Of a stretch of 64,000 nucleotides of DNA, positions 48,928 to 63,239 are shown one piece after another. How positions within the stretch are numbered: the first letter of the stretch is position 1; every line of letters begins with the position of its first letter. Below the pieces are notes generated by a model. It did no database searches. It saw only the letters and a list, made by a program, of their open reading frames with translations, and had not been told where the DNA came from. The position numbers and the translations under genes are program-made. The stretch is from Octopus vulgaris (lineage: Eukaryota), in contig OX597843.1 of the NCBI GenBank assembly GCA_951406725.2, positions 5,208,001 to 5,272,000 on the forward strand. Direction: 5' to 3'.

Positions 48928-49802
48928 AAATGCAGAATGTTTGATTTTTTTGTCGATCAGATAGGCATAGCCTTTCAATTTCAGTATTTAAACTACGCAT
49001 AGTACTACTGTAGCACACATGTTGTGTACACTCCTACAACACCGTTTTCTTTACATGCTATAAAGGCAGAAGTAGATCTGCCCACAACTCAGTCGTGTAC
49101 CAGTGCTTCACTACGTAAAGGTCACCAACTGCCTGCCTACCCTGACGGCACGTGCCTGATGTTTTAGTGAATTTATTTAGGTTTGTTGTTGGTGAAGGGA
49201 GAAAGGGGTCGATGGCAGAGAAAATTGGTGACAGAATATCCTTTAAACATTTGGAATCGCAAAGAAATTCTGCAGAATCAAACTGGTTCTCAAAATTTGG
49301 GAAAAAAAAATGTCAGATGTAGAAATTAAAATAAAAAATTTCTATACTTTTCCATTTATTTTGTGTGACATGGGTTGTAAAAGTCTTAACATTCTTTTAG
49401 AAATCTAAAATTTTACGTTGGTAAGAGATGTGACTATAGTAGAAGACACTTGCCAAAGGTGCCATGCAGTGGGACTGAATACGGAATCGTGTGATTGGGA
49501 AGCAAACTTCATACCACAAAGCAATGCCTGCAACTCTCTCCTATGTGTGTGTGTGTAGGCGCGTGGCTTAGTGGTTAGGGTGTCAGCGTCATAATCGTAA
49601 GATTGTGGTTTCGATCCCTGGACCGGGCGACGCGTTGTGTTCTTGAGCAAAACACTTCATTTCACGTTGCTCCAGTCCACTCAGCTGGCAAAAATGAGTA
49701 ACGCTGCGATGGACTGGCATCCCGTTCAGCTGGGGAATACATACGCCATAGAAACCAGGAAACTGGGCCCATGAGCCTGGCTAGGCTTTAAAAGGGCACA
49801 TT

Positions 49803-49859
<57 letters not shown>

Positions 49860-49861
<2 letters not shown>

Positions 49862-50217
49862 CGCAGGAGTGGCTATGTGGTAAGTAGCTTGTTTACCAAC
49901 CACATGGTTCCGGGTTCAGTCCCACTGCGTGGCACCTTGGGCAAGTGTCTTGTGAGTGGATTTGGTAGACGGAAACTGAAAGAAGCCTGTCGTGTGTGCG
50001 TATATATATATATGTGCATGTATGTTTGTGTGTCTGTGTTTGTCCCCCTAGCATTGCTTGACAACCGATGCTGGTGTGTTTACGTCCCCGTCACTTAGCG
50101 GTTTGGCAAAAGGAACCCGATAGAATAAGTCCTGGGCTTACACAGAATAAGTCCCGGGGTAGATTTGCTCGACTAAAAGGCGGTGCTCCAGCATGGCCGC
50201 AGTCAAATGACTGAAAC
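49860..50217 (+). mobile_element. SINE family A with a small internal deletion
   Basis: Head GGCGCAGGAGTGGCT.. through the family tail. Confidence 0.85.
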
Positions 50218-50251
<34 letters not shown>

Positions 50252-50627
50252 ATGCACACACGCACAGTAGCCGCCGCCGCCACCACCACATAACAATGAT
50301 GTGGTATGTTGGTGATGCTGATATAAAGAGTGGGGTGAGCAGGTGTTATGTAGAGGGGGGGGACAGACTAAACTCTAAAATGGAGTTGAAGTTATTTTGT
50401 TATACGAGACAATGAACCTCATCCCCAGACCCATTTTTCTGAATGTACAAAAATGGGGTCCTCTTCCTTCCTTAAAAAAAATAACTAAAAAATGATTTTA
50501 AAAAAACCCAATACTGACTACGCTGAGATCATGTTTAAATATAGTTGCCATGGTGATGAAGATGAAACATTAGCAATAGCAAGAGACTAATTGGGCATGT
50601 CCCTTGTTAACAAGTAAAAAAATTTGT

Positions 50628-51707
50628 TGGAGAAGATGCCTTTATGTGACCCCTCTGTATGCTAGAAGTAGCAGCCAAATATCACCAGAACACATCTTTC
50701 TAAAATTGCATAATCTGATATGTAGCCAGCCTTCTATAAAAAGAAAATTAACGTGTCGTTTGAGGGAAATTTGGCTGTAATGTCTAGCAGGAGCATGTTA
50801 CCACGTATAGGCTATTCCTTTGCAATAAAACAGCTTTGGAGAAGATGCCTCTATGTGACCCCTCTGTATGCTAGAAGTAGCAGCCAAATATCACCAGAAC
50901 ACATCTTTCTAAAACTACATAATCTGATATGTAGCCAGCCTTCTATAAAAAGAAAATTGATGTGCCATTTGAGGGAAATTTGACTGTAGTGTCTAGCAGG
51001 GGCATGTTACCACATACAGGCTATTTCTTTGCAATAAAACAGCTTGACCAGAGAGCAGAGCAGGTCAAAATTTGTTGAAGATGCCTCTATGTGACCCCTC
51101 TGTATGCTAGAAGTAGCAGCCAAATATCACCCAAACACAACTTTCTAAAACTGCATAATCTGATATGTAGCCTTCTATAAAAAGAAAATTAACGTGTCGT
51201 TTGAGGGAAATTTGGCTGTAGTGTCTAGCAGGGGGCATGTTATCACGTACAGGCTATTCCTTGAGAGCAGAGCAGGTAAAAATTTGTTGAAAATGCCTTT
51301 ATGCGACTCCTCTGCCTGCTAGAAGTAGCAGCCAAATATCACCCAAACACAACTTTCTAAAACTGCATAATCTGATATGTAGCCTTCTAGAAAAAGAAAA
51401 TTGACGTGCCATTTGAGGGAAATTTGGCTGTAGTGTCTAGCAGGGGGATGTTACCACATACAGGCTATTCCTTTGCAATATAACAGCTTGACCAGAGAGC
51501 AGAGCAGGTCTGTATGCTAGAAGTAGCAGCCAAATATCACCCAAACACATCTTTCTAAAACTGCATAATCTGATATGTAGCCTTCTATAAAAAGAAAATT
51601 GATGTGCCATTTGAGGGAAATTTGGCTGCAGTGTCTAGCAGGGGGATGTTACCATGTACAGGTTATTTCTTTGCAATAAAACAGCTTGACCAGAGAGCAG
51701 AGCAGGT
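50628..51707. repeat. ~200-235-bp tandem repeat, 5 copies
   Basis: TCTGTATGCTAGAAGTAGCAGCCAAATATCACC (or a close variant) recurs at ~50655, 50863, 51098, 51311 and 51509. Confidence 0.9.
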
Positions 51708-52153
51708 GGGTTGCACTTTTATAGAGGAATATTTTGGAGAAATACTTGGTCTATAAATGTATTTGTGTGTGAGAGAGAGAGAGAGACAGAGATAGAGAGA
51801 GAAGTAGAGCAGTAGGCTTCTCAGAGCAGTGATTGGTTAAAAATGCAGGTAGCTAGCAGCGGGGACAGAGATTTAGTACCAAGACCGCCTTATAAGAACA
51901 CAACGGTAGAACCATGGCAATGATTCCTGGGTGAAGCAAGGAGGGAAGGTGGTGGTGGGTTATTAATAGGTTTAGGTAACCTAGGCAGCTGACGGGCGGG
52001 TGGGTAAGTAGGTAACTTGATGGCTGGGGTAGCTTAGGGGTAGGTAAGTAGGTAGCTAGGTGGTTGTAGGTAAGTAGGTAGGTAGGTAGCTGGGTGGCTA
52101 GGGAGGTAGCTGTTTTTGGCATCTGCTCAGGTGAGAGAGATAAAAGGAGAAAG

Positions 52154-52192
<39 letters not shown>

Positions 52193-52537
52193 TTGACACT
52201 ACTAGGGAGGGAGGTGAGAGGTAGGTGTATTGAGACAGGGTTACAAGGAGGAGTAGGGTGAGGTATGCATAGAGAGAGAAAGAGAGAGGGTGGGAGGCAG
52301 ACACCCCGCCACCCGTGTATAACTATTTCATAATTGTAAAGATATTTGAAACCCACCACAAAATGTCACCCTGCAAGCGACAATATGCTACAGATAAACG
52401 GGTAGGCAAATAGTATATAAGGGGTACCCACCAGTAAAGCAGGGGGTACGTACGTAAGAGGGACCTACGTTATAACAGGGGTGGGGAAGAGGGGGTATGC
52501 AAGAGGGATCTCCGTGTAACAGGGATACGGATGCCAT

Positions 52538-52842
52538 GCTACCACCATCACCACTACTACTACGACTACTACCACCACCACCACTACTACTACTACGACT
52601 ACTACCACCACCACCACTACTACTACCACCACTACCACTACCACCACCACCACTACTACTACCACCACCACCACAACCACTACCACTACTACCACCACCA
52701 CCACTACTACCACCACCACCACCACCACCACCACTACTACCACTACCACCTACCACTACCACCACTACCACCACCACTACTACTACCACCACTACTACCA
52801 CCACCACCACTACCACCACCACCACCACTACTACTACTACTA
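52538..52842. repeat. (CAC/TAC)n microsatellite
   Basis: Seen directly. Confidence 0.9.
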
Positions 52843-53094
52843 TTTCTCTCTATTGCGTTGTTGGTAAAGGTGGCGAAGGAATCGATTGATGCCAAACGTT
52901 CATTGCCATCAGTCCCTCCCCTCTCCCCCAGCCGTAGAGAGCAGTAGAATGGCTCAAGGACACTGTCCGGTCTTCGATTGATCGATTCAGCAATCGAATC
53001 GATCGAACAGGCAGAAATGGCAGGTTTGCGCTACTGCCGACACTACCCCGCTAACCCATGACGCCAGCATTTCCCATTCTGGAGATGGAAGAGC

Positions 53095-53127
53095 GAATGA
53101 ATGAAAGCTGCTGCTGCTGCTATTATA
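53095..53127 (-). promoter_or_regulatory. Candidate TATA + Initiator core promoter facing aldolase
   Basis: Minus-strand TATAATA starts at 53127; TCATTC (TCAKTY-type Inr) has its +1 A at 53098, 29 nt downstream. Confidence 0.35.
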
Positions 53128-53237
53128 ACTCGGCTGTGGAGCAGACAGATCGATACGAGAGAGAGAAGAGAGGGAGAGAAGGATTGTGTAGCGGTCATGT
53201 AGAAAGCAGGCAAGGTGAACGTATCCTGTTTATATTG

Positions 53238-53267
53238 GAGAGAGAGAAGAGAGGGAGAGAGAGAAGA

Positions 53268-53335
<68 letters not shown>

Positions 53336-54345
53336 AGAGAGAGAAGAGAGAAGAGAGGGAGAGAAGAGAGAAGAGAGAGAGAAAGAGAAGAGAGTGAAAG
53401 AGAAGAGAGAGAAAGAGAAGAGAGAGAGAGAAGAGGGAGAGAGAAGAGGGAGAGGGAAGAGGGAGATAGAGAGAAGAGAGGAGATAGAGAGAAGAGAGGA
53501 GATAGAGAGAAGAGAGGAGATAGAGAGAAGAGAGGAGATAGAGAGAAGAGAGGGAGATAGAGAGAAGAGAGGGAGATAGAGAGAAGAGAGGGAGATAGAG
53601 AGAAGAGAGGGAGATAGAGAGAAGAGAGGGAGATAGAGAGAAGAGAGGGAGATAGAGAGAAGATAGGAAAGAGAGAGAAGAGAGGAAAGAGAGAGAAGAG
53701 AGGAGAGAGAGAGAAGAGAGGAAAGAGAGAGAGAAGAGAGGAAAGAGAGAGAGAAGAGAGGAAAGAGAGAGAAGAGAGGAAAGAGAGAGAAGAGAGGAAA
53801 GAGGAGAGTCAGAAGAGAGGGAGAGAGAGAGAAGAGAGGGAGAGAGAGAAGAGAGGGAGAGAGAGAGAAGAGAGGGAGAGAAGAGAGAGAGAAAGAGAAG
53901 AGAGAAAGAGAAGAGAGAGAAAGAGTAGAGAGAGAGAGAAGAGGGAGAGAGAAGAGGGAGATAGAGAGAAGAGAGGGAGATAGAGAGAAGAGAGGGAGAT
54001 AGAGAGAAGAGAGGGAGATAGAGAGAAGAGAGGGAGATAGAGAGAAGAGAGGGAGATAGAGAGAAGATAGGAAAGAGAGAGAAGATAGGAAAGAGAGAGA
54101 AGATAGGAAAGAGAGAGAAGAGAGGAAAGAGAGAGAAGAGAGGAGAGAGAGAGAAGAGAGGAAAGAGAGAGAGAAGAGAGGAAAGAGAGAGAAGAGAGGA
54201 AAGAGAGAGAAGAGAGGAAAGAGGAGAGTCAGAAGAGAGGGAGAGAGAGAGAAGAGAGGGAGAGAGAGAGAGAAGAGAGGAGAGAGAGAGAGAAGAGAGG
54301 GAGAAAGAGAGGAGGAGGAGGAGAGAAAGAGAGAAGGGGTGAGGA
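53238..54345. repeat. ~1.1-kb polypurine (GA)-rich tract with 18-bp subunits and a longer internal duplication
   Basis: GAGATAGAGAGAAGAGAG units; the marker GAGTCAGAAG occurs at ~53806 and ~54226. Confidence 0.95.
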
Positions 54346-55004
54346 AGGGCTGCAGTAGGAAGTAAGTCTTAAAAAAGATGTTTATTGTTTCGTATTTATC
54401 AGTAAAAAAAAAGTGGGGGAAAAAACTATCTACAGAGATTGCAATGTCTGGAGGAGGGAATAACGGTTTATGAAGAACTTGGCATTACACGAATCCGAAG
54501 ACCAAGCGTTCGGTGTCACAGCAATGACAGTAAAGAAATTCCAAATTTAAATTCAAAGCCATATAATATATATATTTTTTTTTCTCCTTTTTTTCTTCTA
54601 GGGGCTGGCCAGATTAGAGCAATCTCCAGATTAATCAGCCGAAATTGCTAGGATGATCCGGTTCTTGACTGAAGATTGAAGGCTTCGAATGTCCCGTCCG
54701 TGTTTTTTGTATCGTCTTCTAAATGTTTTACGTTCTTGTCCCACTTTCTATTTTTCTACACACACACACACACACATATATATATATTACTCAAAGGAAT
54801 TCCAACTGTTTTATTTATATTCTTTATAATATTAATGTAGAATATAGAATATATAGTATAAATAATATATATATATAGTAAAATGAAATGAAGTATTGAT
54901 TGTCTTATTGAATATCAAATATTAAGGGACTAGTATACTTTCTTGCATTGAAGCAGTCTTCAAGGTCCCAAGTTGGGACAGGAGTGTTTCAACTGTATGT
55001 GTAT

Positions 55005-55035
<31 letters not shown>

Positions 55036-57058
55036 AGGCGGCGAGCTGGCAGAAACGTTAGCACGCCGGACGAAATGCGTTGCCGTATTTCGTCTGCCGT
55101 TACGTTCTGAGTTCAAATTCCGCCGAGGTCGACTTTGCCTTTCATCCTTCCGGGGTCGATAAATTAAGTACCAGTTACGCACTGGGGTCGATGTAATCGA
55201 CTTAATCCGTTTGCCTGTCTTTGTTTGTCTCCTCTATGTTTAGCCCCTTGTGGGTAGTAAAGAAATATATATATATATATATGCGCGTAAGAATGGTTGT
55301 GTGGTAAGAAGTTCCAGGTTCGCTCCCACTGCGTGACACCTTGGTCAAGAGTCAAGAGCTATAGCCTCGGGCCGACCAAACTCTTGTGAGTGAATTAGGT
55401 ACACGGCAACTGAAAAAAAGTCCATCGTGTGTTCCCCCACCCCACCCACTGCTGGACAACCGATGTTGGTGTGTTTACGTCCCCGTGAGTTAACGGTTCG
55501 GCAAAAGAGACCGATAGAATAAGCACCAGACTTTACAAAAAGAAAAGCACCGGGGAGTGGGGTCGATAAGTTAACTAAAATTCTTTAAGGTGATGCCCCA
55601 GTATGGCCGAGTGGGACTGAACCAGGAACCATGTGGTTCGTAAGCAAGCTACTTACCACACAGCCACTCCTGGTAAAAAAAAAAAAGAGACATGGTTCCG
55701 GGTTCAGTCCCACTGCGTGGCACCTTGGGCAAGTGTCTTCTACCATAGCCTCGAACCAGCCAAAGCCTTGTGAGTGGATTTGGTAGACGGAAACTGAAAG
55801 AAGCCTGTCATAATGTGTGTGTCCGTGTCCCCACTGCCGTTCGACGTCCCCATAACTCAATGGTTCGGCAAAAAGAGACCGATAGAATAAGTACCAAACT
55901 TTGAAAACAAACAGCTAAAATTTCGAGACGGTGCTCCAGAACGGTCGCAGTCTAATGAATGAAACAAAGATAAACCGAGCAACGGATTGTGGTTCCTACT
56001 TCACAGAACCACAGAGAGGACAAAAACCGCGATGACCCCTCCCTCATCTCTTTGTAACCGATAATCAGCTTCGGCTGGGATAATCTGGAATTAAGTGAGG
56101 TTTAACAACAGTCTTAAGTTGCAATAATTTCCCAGAAAAACATTTCGGGTTTGTGGTGGGAATCAGGACATGCAAGACGTCAGAAATGGGGCCCACAGAT
56201 CAAAATATGTTCTTTTGCAAAATATGTTCGGGTGCATACGGTAATGAACTGCTAATCTGCAAGAAACAGCAGTCAAATCTACCCAAATTCCCTCGACATC
56301 CACCCCGAAAACGAGGTGGTCAAGACTCGAAAGTTAGCTTGATCAGGGGCGAGCTGGGACTAATATTGCCTTCGTTTAACCAGGGGTCAGGATATCTAGA
56401 GATAATAGTCAAATTTACCTACATTCCCTCGACATCCACCCCGAAAACGAGATGGTCAAGACTGGAAAATTAGCTTGATCAGGGTCGAGCTGGGACTAAA
56501 TTTTGCCTTAGTTTAACCAGGGGTCAGGATATCTAGAGATAGAGCAACATCCAAGAGAGAGAAAAAAAGAAAAAGAAAGAAAACAAGTTGACCCAAATTC
56601 CATCGTCCTTCCTACAACTACCCCCGTATCCCTTACCATTTCTCTCCTGGGCAATGTTTTCGGGTTGGCTTGCCTGTGTCCAGTCCATTACAGGACGAAG
56701 GCCTCAACATGTTCTTTCTACCCAACTGTGGTCAGAGCTAAAGATCAAACTGGCTTCGTGAGCCGACTCTGTCACGCTGGTTTGACACGGCAGATGGCAT
56801 CGACTTAATTATCCCGAAGTAATTAAGTAGATTACATCGACGATGTTTAGGGAAACAAATTTAGGCCACAGTTAGAAAAGTTCCGAGGCCCACTTGTTGC
56901 TGTTCCCTGTCCTCGGTGAACAAGGAGAGAACTGGTCACGGCAGGAATTAGTCTTGGGAGTAAAGAACAGCTGGGGTTAGGAGAGGACGAAAGAGAGAGA
57001 AGGAGAGAGAGAGAGGAAGAGAGAGAGAGGGGAAGAGAGAGAGAGAGAGAGACAGAAA

Positions 57059-57094
<36 letters not shown>

Positions 57095-58437
57095 AAGGAA
57101 GAGAGAGAGAGAGAGACAGAAAGGAAGAGAGAGAGAGAGACAGAAAGGAAGAGAGAGAGACAGACAGAAAGGAAGAGAGAGAGAGAGAGAGACAGAAAGG
57201 GCGAGGGAGAAATGGAGTCCCAAAACCTCTATTTTAACAACTAGTCGTTAATATATCGATTTTTAAACATTGATCGTAAGTTGCCATCCATCACCAAGAC
57301 AGATTACAGTCTTTACACGGGCCAATCTGTTTATTAGAAATGGCAGTCAAAACCTCTCTCCACCACACAGTGGTGATGGCCATGACTAAAAACATCTCAT
57401 TATCTGACCGAGGGACAGGGTCGTTTAAAGAATTATAGGCCCCCGGGCAGGGGAAATGCATGGAGGTCCCAACACACACAACAAATGGATTAGCGTTGGG
57501 GCGTTGGATCCTTGAGACACCAAGTAACTTGTCCCTTGTACCCGTGGCTTAAAGGGACATAGAACCAGGAGTAAAACGACCGCAAAATTTAAAAAACAAA
57601 AGACAAAAAAAAAGACACACAAAAGAAAAAAATACCAGTTGGTTATATCGATCGATCGATTGATTGATTGATTGATTTTAGTGGCTGGAGAGAGATTTGA
57701 ACTCAGTCCGTAAAGGTTCGGAAAGTGAAAACGGTCGAGTTTGAGAGGAAAATTAAGAGAAAGCGTCGATTTTTCAAAATTGACAACAATTGCAAAAGAG
57801 GAACGATTTTATTGAATACAAGCGTTTAGGGGTAATCTTGGACTAAAGCGGCGTTAATTTAGATGATAATCAATGATAATGAGGTTTATATGTGGAAAAA
57901 AACTAACTAGGACATCCTGAATGATTGCAACCATCGTTTTCATAAAGTATTTTTTTGTAAATTCAGGCATTTTTATAAAGTAAAAACGCTTCCAAATCCG
58001 TAATTTCTTGGAATTATATGAATCTTTAAACATCGTGTCGATTCGTAAATCGACACAAAACTTAATTTTAGTTTAGACTTCAATTTTTGTTTTCTCCTAT
58101 TAGATTTACGCTTTAAACATTTCAAGTTACGATTCTTCAAAATCATGTCCAACACAAACCGGGAAAATTTTTCGTCTCTTCATAATTTTGTAGTAGATTC
58201 TTAATCTTAGACTTTTAAAAGCACACACATCTGAAGAAATTAGACATTAGACAATTTCCGACTATTCTCCAAGGATACCTACAACTTTTCCACACCAATC
58301 GCTCCTCACGCCATTTTCGTCAATGATTTTACCCACAACCAGATGGTCTATATATAAATATACACCCACAATATAGGCCTGGGTTGGACCTCTTCCTTTG
58401 AACGAAATCATTGAAATAGGGTGTATACGGGATGACC

Positions 58438-58470
<33 letters not shown>

Positions 58471-58471
<1 letters not shown>

Positions 58472-58870
58472 GGCGCAGGAGTGGCTGTGTGGTAAGTAGC
58501 TTGCTTACCAAGCACATGGTTTCGGGTTCAGTCCCACTGTGTGGCACCTTGAGCAAGTGTCTTCTACCATAGCCTCGGGCCGACCAAAGCCTTATGAGTG
58601 GACTTGGTAGATGGAAACTGAAAGAAGCCCATCATATATATATGTGTGTGTGTGTCTTTGTCCACCCCACCCCCTCACTATTATCACTTGACAACCGGTG
58701 TTGGTGTATTTACATCCCCCGTAAGTTAGCAGTTCGGCACAAAGAGAACCGACAGAATAAGTACTAGGCGGCTTACGAAGAATAAGCCCCGGGGTCGATT
58801 TGGTTCGACTAAAAGGTGGTGCTCCAGCATGGCCGCAGTCAAATGACTGAAACAAGTAAAAGAGAGTAAA
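58471..58870 (+). mobile_element. SINE family A, full length
   Basis: Match to the family consensus from head to tail. Confidence 0.85.
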
Positions 58871-58879
58871 AGAACAAGA

Positions 58880-58920
<41 letters not shown>

Positions 58921-60472
58921 GCCGCTGACATATATTTTCGGCTTTAGAGTCCGAACAAGTTGTCCATGGGGGTCCAAGCGCTTCATGGATGCGAAACCAC
59001 TGGTCACCATGACCGGACAGACGTAACCGTATACAAATACATTAACTGTTCTACGCTTTAGAGGGTGTTTTTTTCTTTCCGAATATATGATACACTGACA
59101 ATATATATTAAATTATATACGCCCTCGCGCATAATTGCTGAGTCTACAGTAAATGGTGTTATTAAAAATATGCCCCAAATAGTCCTGTCTCAAGTTAGTG
59201 TCCATTAGTCAAACACATACATACACGTATATAGACACACACACACATATGCACACGGCTAGGTGACGTCATTTAATAAGCAATGGCGAAAGCTTCGGTA
59301 CCATTGTCATAAAGACTGAAACAGCAGGTCTGGATATGAACGGAAATTTGACAATATTTGGCAACACTACATTAAGTGGAATAGACAGACACTTGTGAAT
59401 TGTCTCCCAGGCACCACTCTCCCGAAATGGTATCAGTAAATATCCTTTTTTACTCTAGGCACAAGGCCCGGAATTTTTGGGAAGGGTGCCAGTCGATTAG
59501 ATCGATCCCAGTGCGTAACTGGTACTTTATTTATCGACCCCGATAGGAGGAAATGCAAAGTCGACCTCGGCGGGATTTGAACTCAGAACGTAAAGACAAA
59601 CGAAATACCTATTTCTTTACTACCCACAAGGGGCTAAACACAGAGGGGACAAACAAGGACAGACAAACGGATTAAGTCGATTACATCGACCCCAGTGCGT
59701 AACTGGTACTTAATTTATCGACCCCGATAAGATGAAAGGCAAAGTCGACCTCGGCGGGATTTGAACTCAGAACGTAAAGACAAACGAAATACCTATTCAT
59801 TTACTACCCACAAGGGGCCAAACACAGTGGGGACAAACAAGGACAGACAAACGGATTATGTCAATTACATCGACCCCATTTCGCCCGGCGTGCTAACGAT
59901 TCTGCCAGCTCGCTGCATAGTGCGCCCACATGCATCTATATAGATACATCCAGCAAGTGCGTATATACATACATACATACACATTCGTCCATGTACACAC
60001 GCAATGTGTGTGCATGTATACAAAAGTACCTAAATTAAGTAATTAGTTTGGAGGTGAGGGATAAGAAAGTGGGTAGAAGTGTTTTTAACGTTTCGGGGTT
60101 ACGTTCTTCTTCAGAAGACAGAAAGAAAAGTGTAGAGAAAGGAGAATAGAAGGAAGTGAAAACGCGTGTCATGTTGAAAGGAAATGTGTGCACAGGCACG
60201 TGCAGCCAATATATTCCTTTTGAGTTCTACAACAGGTTTGTAGTGTTGCAATGCTGAAGTGAAATATATATATATAACTCACTTCAGCAGACGTTCAACT
60301 GAAGCTTGGCGGTTTCGGCTATTTTAACAAGCCTGCTAGCATCAGTGTGACACTAGATTTAATATAAAACTATTAGGGAAAGGTGTAGCAAAAACGCGTG
60401 TACCCATACGTATACATCCAATACGTAATGTGCACACATGTACACAAATCTGTGTGTGTGTGTGTGTGTGTA

Positions 60473-60660
60473 AATAATCAAGATAAGCAACAAGGATATC
60501 CAAAGGTAATGCAGTACGATCGTTTCATGCGACTTCATTTAATTAAACAATGCAAGTATGTATTACTGATGTTAATATTTGCATTGTTCAATTAAATGGA
60601 GTCGCATGCAACGATCGTACTGCATTACCTCCGGATATCCTTGTTGCTTATTTTGATTAT
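60473..60660. repeat. Foldback with ~85-bp imperfect arms
   Basis: ATAAGCAACAAGGATATCC..GGTAATGCAGTACGATCGTT versus AACGATCGTACTGCATTACC..GGATATCCTTGTTGCTTAT. Confidence 0.8.
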
Positions 60661-62557
60661 AATCACCCCATTTTGAATTATATGGATAAATACCATACCA
60701 AATTCTGGTGCCTTTAACTTAAGTACCATATTCAACTGAATCTAAATTTTTACTGAAATTATATATACATATATAAGCCGGTCTAAGGAAAGCGGAAATC
60801 TAGGGTAATCCCATAGACCGGCCTTATCTATCTATATTACTATACTGCTCTATAACTTAGAGTCTGCTTCTTTCCGGATTTATGATTTACCGAATAAACA
60901 CACAGACACACACACACTTGTATCTTGAACTAAATCCTTTGCAATAATCAAAATTTTAATCACGCGCGCACACACCTGAAATTTCTTCCAAAATTAGCAT
61001 TTCTAGTGACATATTTCATACTCATTAATTCTCACAATCAAACCCTAAATACTTTTAGCTTTTAATGCACTTTTATTTTAATTACGTAGTCACGTTATTT
61101 TACTATAATACCCCCCTATCCTCACCTCAAAATAAATCTTACTAAAAAAGGTTTGTATTTAGATTAAACACCGAATATATATTTCTTTAATTCCAGCGCT
61201 TTCGTATTATTTTGATTTAAAAAATAATAATTATAAATCTATAAAAAAAAGTTTATAACGCCATTTTTTTTTCTGGCCGGAACAAATAGGTTTTATGAGA
61301 AAAAAATTAAATAAATAAATAAAAACCCAGAAAAAAGGTTATGGTAAAAAAAGGGGGCAAAATAATTCTGTTTTATTTTCGGAAGTTTAAAATATACAAA
61401 TTAAACTATTTTATGGTGAATAATTATCTTACGTTATTGTACAAGATTATATCCACACACACACACACATAACTACGCACATATGAAGCTCACTTAATTG
61501 GCTTTAATTACCTTAATTGAGCTAATCAATAAACTTATTCAGTATGTTGCTTGGAGGAGGAGAAGGGGTGGTGGGGACACTATGATCAGAGTCTGTCTGA
61601 AGTAAATAAGTCGAAAGACAAATCTCGAATATAACCATATAAAGAAGCCGTGTATACACGCATGAATGTGCGCGTGTCTGTGTGTGTATATATAGTTATA
61701 TATGAATACCCGGATATCTTCTTACACACCAAGCACACACAACACCCCGAATGATGTAATAACATTTAGAGGTGGCAGCAAGGAAAAATCGGCGAATAAG
61801 ACACAGGTTGTGTAAAGGCAATATTACAAAACCCCAAAAAATGAACAATTTACACAGTGCACACGAGTATATTATACACACTATAAATATATATATAAAT
61901 TAGGGGAAAAAAAACCCACCTTTGTATGTATAATTATATATACCAAATATATACGTTTTATTTATTATTTTGCACATTACTTAATCATCGGTTTAGTATT
62001 GTTATTTTAATATTTCTATTATATGTCATTTCCTAGATGATGTAATTTAACTGTTCATTTTGAATTGATAAAAGGTGGGGGTTTTTTCTAATTTATATAT
62101 TTAAATATATATATATATATATATATATTATATTTTCTGAAATTTGATTTAATATTTCTAAATTGAATTTTTCCCTGTAAATTAGGAATAATATTCCCTC
62201 AAATTATCATATATATATATAGATATATATAGATACATATATAGATATATAAAACATGCAAATGACATGCAAATGACATGCAAGTCAAAAGGAGTTGTGT
62301 TAAAATATATTTTTTTTTTAAAAATGGAATAAAATAAATACAAGCGTATAAAAATAAGGGGTGAGAATTCTGTATGTATAATAATAAGGAGTGTATATAG
62401 TTTGTGTGTATATATAATAAATGTCAACTGTAATAAATAGAGTGTAATGTACATTATACACAAATAAATGTTGTCCTTCAACTGTCAAGGTTATGGCAAC
62501 GTCCTTGACAGCAGCTGAACACGTGACTAAGTGGGAGGAGCAGACAGACAGACACAG

Positions 62558-62654
62558 CTATACATACATATACGTGTATATGCATATATATATATATACA
62601 AGTATATACACTGAATAATATACGATTATACAAATACATACATTAAACATATAT

Positions 62655-62704
<50 letters not shown>

Positions 62705-62738
62705 TGAATAATATACAATTATACAAATACATACATGC

Positions 62739-62782
<44 letters not shown>

Positions 62783-63195
62783 TGAATAATATACATACAT
62801 ATACGTGTATATACATATATATATATATATATACACACACTGAATAATATACAATTATACAAATACATACATGCATATATGTATATACATATATATATAT
62901 ATACACACACTGAATAATATACAATTATACAAATACATACATGCATATATGTATATACATATATATATACACTGAATAATATACAAATACATACATGCAT
63001 ATATGTATGTACATACATATACACATACACACATACACATACATACATACATCCATCTATCCATACATACATCCATCTATCCATACATACATACATCCAT
63101 CTATCCATACATACATACATACGCAGTACATTTTTCTAGAATATATGTATATACACACATATATGCAAGATACACTGCATATACTATATACGCAA

Positions 63196-63239
<44 letters not shown>

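Larger units (their letters stand above)
48299..49158. mobile_element. Old hAT-like MITE hosting the foldback element
   Basis: CAGGGACGTGCCGCCTAGGTAGGCAG versus the reverse complement of the right end CAGGCACGTGCCGTCAGGGTAGGCAG (22/26). No intact TSD. Confidence 0.5.

Noticed and set aside
52388-53030. Gly/Ser-rich minus-strand ORF as an alternative aldolase N-terminus
   Set aside because: Mostly microsatellite, needs a frameshift, and no good donor puts it in frame with the aldolase ATG.
60252-60366. Minus-strand TATA-like box and GAA|GTGAGT donor as an aldolase first exon
   Set aside because: The donor lies in one arm of a small TGCTGAAGTGA/TCACTTCAGCA hairpin and no clear Inr was found; too weak without transcript data.
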